From: a virus | Taxonomy: Duplodnaviria; Heunggongvirae; Uroviricota; Caudoviricetes | Strand: one strand, 5' to 3' | IMG/VR virus record: IMGVR_UViG_3300028991_000014 | Location: 1-10,615 of that record | DNA: 10,615 nt | Shown: positions 7,318 to 10,615 of the stretch, one piece after another | How positions within the stretch are numbered: position 1 is the stretch's first letter | Layout: every line of letters starts with the position of its first letter | The notes under the pieces: model-generated | Seen by the model: the letters and a program-made list of their open reading frames with translations, nothing else | Told to the model about the DNA's origin: nothing | The model's database searches: none | Program-made: the position numbers and the translations under genes

Positions 7318-7644
7318 CTGATTACTGGTTGGAATTGTTCCAGAGTGCAAATTTACACTATGGCCTAACCCGTTGATATTTCCGGCAACCTCAATTTGAG
7401 GAGGCAGGGAACATCCCCTAAATCCGGTGATGTATTCGGCCCCTTTAACGGGTATTACGATAATCATAACACCTACCGAACAGGTAAAGGCCACCAGCCT
7501 GATTAACGTTTAACCGGAAAAAAAGCCAGGTATCCAATCTCGATATGTGGATCCCCATATCGACAGCAATGCCCCCTTAAAATTATCCGCCTTTATATTT
7601 CTTGTGCCTATTTGTTCCACGTTGTTTCATACAGTGCGCCGAAC

Positions 7645-7668
7645 GGTGTAGTCACTGGTGTAGTCATT
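7645..7668. repeat. tandem 12-bp direct repeats GGTGTAGTCACT / GGTGTAGTCATT near the element end
   Basis: Two adjacent near-identical units about 75 bp from the junction with tqsA. Candidate recombinase arm-type or regulator binding sites (inference). Confidence 0.5.
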
Positions 7669-7712
7669 TTGCGATTTTTGGCACTTTTTGTGGTGCAAAT
7701 TATTTAATTAAA

Positions 7713-7877
7713 TCAATGTGTTAAGTGAAATAAGTTATATATAACAGCAATAAATAATGCGAGAATAAACGGCACGATGATCTCGGCGGCAAAACGGATA
7801 CCGCAGAGAATAATGACCAGCATTCCCAACATAATGACGATTTTTAGGCCATTGAGCGTGATGATCGGCTTTGCCAT
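7713..7877 (-). pseudogene. tqsA: tqsA (ydgG) 5' fragment truncated by the element insertion
   Basis: Minus-strand translation from ATG 7877 gives [46 protein letters not shown], which matches the TqsA N-terminus as recalled. The frame then diverges into AT-rich element DNA (YNLFHLTH, stop at 7713-7715). Divergent from mdtJ as in E. coli. Confidence 0.7.
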
Positions 7878-8288
7878 GCTTGTCCCCGTTTTTTCTTCCT
7901 TTGCTAATAATAATGTCTTTTTCGCTCCGTCATCATAACGAAAATCAAACCGCTCAGGTAAAGAAGTGAAAATATTTTGAGTTAATTCTTAAGCTATGAT
8001 ACAAATCAGGCGTGTTCAACTACCGAGGACAATTATCATCCGCGATGACGAGAAGCAACACTGCGGATAATTGTAATATTATGGACAATTTGTTCAGGAC
8101 GTTATTTTCAACATTTACCCATCTTCGTACCTCATCCACTATCTTGCTCGTAGGTGAGCAGCACTGGCGCAACGCGCTTTAGTCCTTTCTTCTGCCTAAG
8201 CTTGCCCTATGCGCGGGGCTTGACCACTTTACTTTGGTTTCGCTGAATTAAGCGAAAATTAAAATAATTCTCTTGCAGGAGAAGGACA

Positions 8289-8654
8289 ATGTATATTTAT
8301 TGGATTTTATTAGGCCTGGCTATTGCTACAGAAATTACCGGTACGCTGTCAATGAAATGGGCGAGCGTCAGTGAGGGAAATGGCGGCTTTATTTTAATGC
8401 TGGTGATGATTTCTCTGTCGTATATATTTCTCTCTTTCGCCGTTAAAAAGATCGCCTTAGGCGTAGCTTATGCGCTGTGGGAAGGTATCGGTATTTTATT
8501 TATTACCTTGTTTAGCGTTTTGTTATTCGACGAAAGTTTATCGCTGATGAAAATTGCCGGGTTAACCACCCTGGTCGCCGGGATTGTGTTGATCAAATCA
8601 GGTACCCGTAAAGCGCGTAAACCTGAACTGGAGGTGAACCATGGCGCAGTTTGA
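8289..8654 (+). CDS. mdtJ: spermidine export protein MdtJ (SMR family)
   Basis: 121-aa four-TM SMR-type protein matching E. coli MdtJ as recalled; GGAGAAGGA SD upstream; overlaps mdtI start. Confidence 0.95.
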
Positions 8655-8970
8655 ATGGGTTCACGCCGCCTGGCTGGCATTGGCAATCGTGCTGGAAATC
8701 GTTGCTAACGTCTTTTTGAAATTTTCTGACGGCTTTCGTCGCAAAATATTTGGCTTGCTCTCCCTGGCGGCGGTGCTGGCTGCCTTTAGTGCGCTTTCTC
8801 AGGCCGTAAAAGGGATCGACTTGTCTGTCGCTTATGCATTGTGGGGCGGGTTTGGTATTGCCGCCACGTTAGCCGCAGGTTGGATCTTGTTTGGTCAACG
8901 GTTAAATCGTAAAGGCTGGATTGGCCTGGTCTTGCTGTTGGCTGGAATGATCATGGTGAAACTTGCCTGA
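8641..8970 (+). CDS. mdtI: spermidine export protein MdtI (SMR family)
   Basis: 109-aa SMR-type protein ([32 protein letters not shown]...); GGAGGTG SD; 14-nt overlap with mdtJ, consistent with the mdtJI operon. Confidence 0.95.
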
Positions 8971-8976
8971 TGAAGA

Positions 8977-9017
8977 CGCTGCCCGCGCTGTCGGGCAGCG
9001 TTTGAACATTATTTTTG
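8977..9017 (+). terminator. hairpin terminator between convergent mdtI and ydgD
   Basis: Stem CGCTGCCCG (8977-8985) / CGGGCAGCG (8992-9000) with CGCTGT loop, followed by TTTGAACATTATTTTTG. Confidence 0.5.
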
Positions 9018-9830
9018 CGACAGTTGATCCAGCTTGTCGCGAAAACCGGTAACAGAAATGGCCCGGTTATCGGCGCGCCAGCGATCTTTCGCGGCAGGAG
9101 CCGAACTTTGCACCCCAATTAATTGCCAGCCGTCATCGGTATGCAACATCAGAGGCGAACCGCTGTCACCCGGCAAGGTATCGCACTGATGTGACATCAC
9201 CGACGTTTGCGCCCAGCCAGTCACTTCACAGTTTTGATGACTGTATAACGTATCGAGATGATCTTCAGGATATCCCGCCTGAGTCACTTTACGACCAGCC
9301 GATTTTAATGCGGCAGTAAGCGCGGCTTTATCTCCCTCAAATAACGGCAACGGTGTAATGCCAGAAGGGGGATTACGCAGCACAATCAAGCCGAAGTCCC
9401 ATGGTGCAGCTGCGGGAGGAACAATCCAACCATCCCCATCTGCTTTTAACCGCTTTCCCAGTGTCGGATCAACGCGGCCTTCTATGTCGTGGATCTCATA
9501 GCGCCAAAGACCTTTATTTGACACAAAACGCAGCGCCACTGCTTTATCGGCTTTACCCTTTGGAGGTGTCAATAAACAGTGTCCTGCCGTTAATGCCAGA
9601 TTGGGTGCAATCAGCGTCGCCGTACATAAATTGCCGCTGGCCGTTTCCAGTTGCCCAACCGCATCCCACGGTGATTGGGTCGTGTCATTCACTGGCACAC
9701 GATCATCATGACCAAAAAACAGGGTGCTGACCTCATCGTTTGCCGATTTGGCAACGTCTGGTTTATCTGCAAACACAAAAGCAGACGTCAAACTAATTGC
9801 ACCCAACACTACAGCAATGGTTGTACGCAT
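9009..9830 (-). CDS. ydgD: secreted trypsin-like serine protease YdgD (peptidase S1 family)
   Basis: 273-aa product with signal-peptide-like N-terminus and catalytic motifs TAGHCLL (His) and GDSGSPL (Ser); position between mdtI and asr as in E. coli. Confidence 0.9.
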   Translation of the reverse strand: MRTTIAVVLGAISLTSAFVFADKPDVAKSANDEVSTLFFGHDDRVPVNDTTQSPWDAVGQLETASGNLCTATLIAPNLALTAGHCLLTPPKGKADKAVALRFVSNKGLWRYEIHDIEGRVDPTLGKRLKADGDGWIVPPAAAPWDFGLIVLRNPPSGITPLPLFEGDKAALTAALKSAGRKVTQAGYPEDHLDTLYSHQNCEVTGWAQTSVMSHQCDTLPGDSGSPLMLHTDDGWQLIGVQSSAPAAKDRWRADNRAISVTGFRDKLDQLSQK

Positions 9831-9929
9831 ATCACACTCTGGTGGGTAATTATGATTATTAAAAGCAAACCCTCATAAATACTATAGACGGGACGGGATG
9901 AAAGTGGGAGTAAAATCAGATAACTACAG

Positions 9930-10013
9930 TCAGGAAAGATAAAAACGGGCGGCAATCAGTGCGCATAAAATAAGGATGATAAGAATGAACTCAAAGCGAT
10001 AACGGCCCACCAT
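9930..10013 (-). CDS. ydgU: small membrane protein YdgU (27 aa)
   Basis: Minus-strand ATG at 10013 preceded by GGAGGG SD; translation MVGRYRFEFILIILILCALIAARFYLS is hydrophobic and matches the short ydgU ORF known between asr and ydgD. Not in the supplied ORF track (too short). Confidence 0.65.
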   Translation of the reverse strand: MVGRYRFEFILIILILCALIAARFYLS

Positions 10014-10030
10014 ACTACCCTCCGCTAAAG

Positions 10031-10087
10031 GCGGTGCTAAACGTTACCCGCTTAGCACCGTAATTTTCAGGCGCGAGGGGGCGCGCC
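10031..10087 (-). terminator. hairpins in the asr 3' region (candidate asr terminator)
   Basis: Two GC-rich stems: GGTGCTAA (10033-10040) / TTAGCACC (10052-10059), and GGCGCG (10070-10075) / CGCGCC (10082-10087). The U-tract on the minus-strand transcript is weak, so the call is tentative. Confidence 0.3.
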
Positions 10088-10105
10088 AGCATTACTGTTG
10101 AAAAC

Positions 10106-10414
10106 TTACGCTGCGGGTTGTGCAGCAGGTTTTGCCGGTTGCTGATGGCTGTGTTTCCCGGCGTGTTTCTTCGCTGCCTGCGCTTTTTGTTCAGGGGCTT
10201 TCTGTTCAGCTTTCGTATTTTTATGATGCTTTTTAGCCGCCTGCGCTTTCTGGGCAGGTGCTGCTTTATGCTGTTTTTTATGATGTGTCGTTTTCGCCGG
10301 CGCTGCTTTGGTGGTCGTCGCAGTCGGAGCAGGTGTGGTCGCAGTCTCTGCAGCAAAGGCGGCAGAAGACAGACCCATAGCAGCGGCAACAACCAGAGCT
10401 AATACTTTTTTCAT
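10106..10414 (-). CDS. asr: acid shock protein Asr
   Basis: 102-aa product [23 protein letters not shown]... with signal peptide and Lys/Ala/His-rich repeats, matching E. coli Asr as recalled. Start chosen at ATG 10414 (GAGGG SD 7 nt upstream) rather than the track's 10441. Confidence 0.9.
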   Translation of the reverse strand: MKKVLALVVAAAMGLSSAAFAAETATTPAPTATTTKAAPAKTTHHKKQHKAAPAQKAQAAKKHHKNTKAEQKAPEQKAQAAKKHAGKHSHQQPAKPAAQPAA

Positions 10415-10615
10415 TGTCATACCCTCAATTTGTTTTTTCATTTAACCCCACTGCGGGGCCGTTGAAATAACTATATCCCTGGGAATGGCAGACTTCCGTG
10501 AGTGGTTGGTTTCAGCGTGTAACGATATGTACAAACGCTGGGTAATGACTCCAACTTATTGATAGTGTTTTATGTTCAGATAATGCCCGATGACTTTGTC
10601 ATGCAGCTCCACCGA
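10415..10615 (-). promoter_or_regulatory. asr upstream regulatory region
   Basis: Non-coding DNA 5' of asr on the minus strand. asr is known to be acid-induced via two-component regulators, but no specific binding sites were mapped here. Confidence 0.35.

Larger units (their letters stand above)
1..7739. mobile_element. right-hand portion of an integrated phage-derived element (capsid-forming satellite / cf-PICI-like candidate); left boundary outside the window
   Basis: Contiguous head and packaging module followed by non-coding terminal DNA that ends where native tqsA coding sequence begins (about 7740). Host synteny resumes to the right. No tail or lysis genes in the window. Confidence 0.7.

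Noticed and set aside
7054-7494. Minus-strand ORFs 7054-7248 and 7282-7494 with near-identical C-termini, plus + strand ORF 6917-7216
   Set aside because: Their similarity is a by-product of the 28-bp direct repeat; they have no ribosome-binding sites and cross palindromic DNA. Treated as non-coding.
7397-7519. Strong GAGGAGG motif (7397-7403) followed by a 29-codon ORF from ATG 7430
   Set aside because: The spacing between the motif and the ATG is about 27 nt, too long for a functional SD, and the ORF is very short with no recognisable features.
7330-7740. Possible tRNA or other integration-target RNA gene at the element end
   Set aside because: No tRNA-like cloverleaf or conserved T-arm sequence could be recognised by eye; the junction falls inside tqsA coding sequence instead. 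A tRNA scanner would be needed to exclude this fully.
10015-10402. ORFs 10015-10392 (-) and 10118-10402 (+) overlapping asr, with highly basic or Cys/Phe-rich products
   Set aside because: These are alternative-frame and antisense readings of the repetitive asr coding sequence; the asr frame matches a known protein.
1-10615. CRISPR array, IS element or transposase
   Set aside because: No regularly spaced short repeats with unique spacers, and no terminal inverted repeats flanking a transposase-like ORF were seen. The only repeats are the 28-bp pair and the 12-bp tandem described above.

Overview
The window reads as an E. coli/Shigella-type chromosomal locus (asr, ydgU, ydgD, mdtI, mdtJ and the 5' end of tqsA at about 7.7-10.6 kb) with the right-hand ~7.7 kb of an integrated mobile element inserted into the 5' coding region of tqsA. 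The element carries a complete HK97-type head and DNA-packaging module on the + strand in the order major capsid, prohead protease, portal, head-tail adaptor, gp6-like connector, HNH endonuclease, a GC-skewed cos-like gap, P27-family small terminase and large terminase. No tail, lysis or tail-fibre genes are present, and the module runs into about 1 kb of repeat- and palindrome-rich non-coding DNA ending at the junction with tqsA. That tail-less, capsid-plus-own-terminase arrangement matches a capsid-forming phage satellite (cf-PICI-like) better than a conventional prophage, but this is inference, since the left part of the element (expected integrase and replication genes) lies outside the window. 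All protein-family calls are from reading the translations and from memory of family hallmarks; no database search was run.
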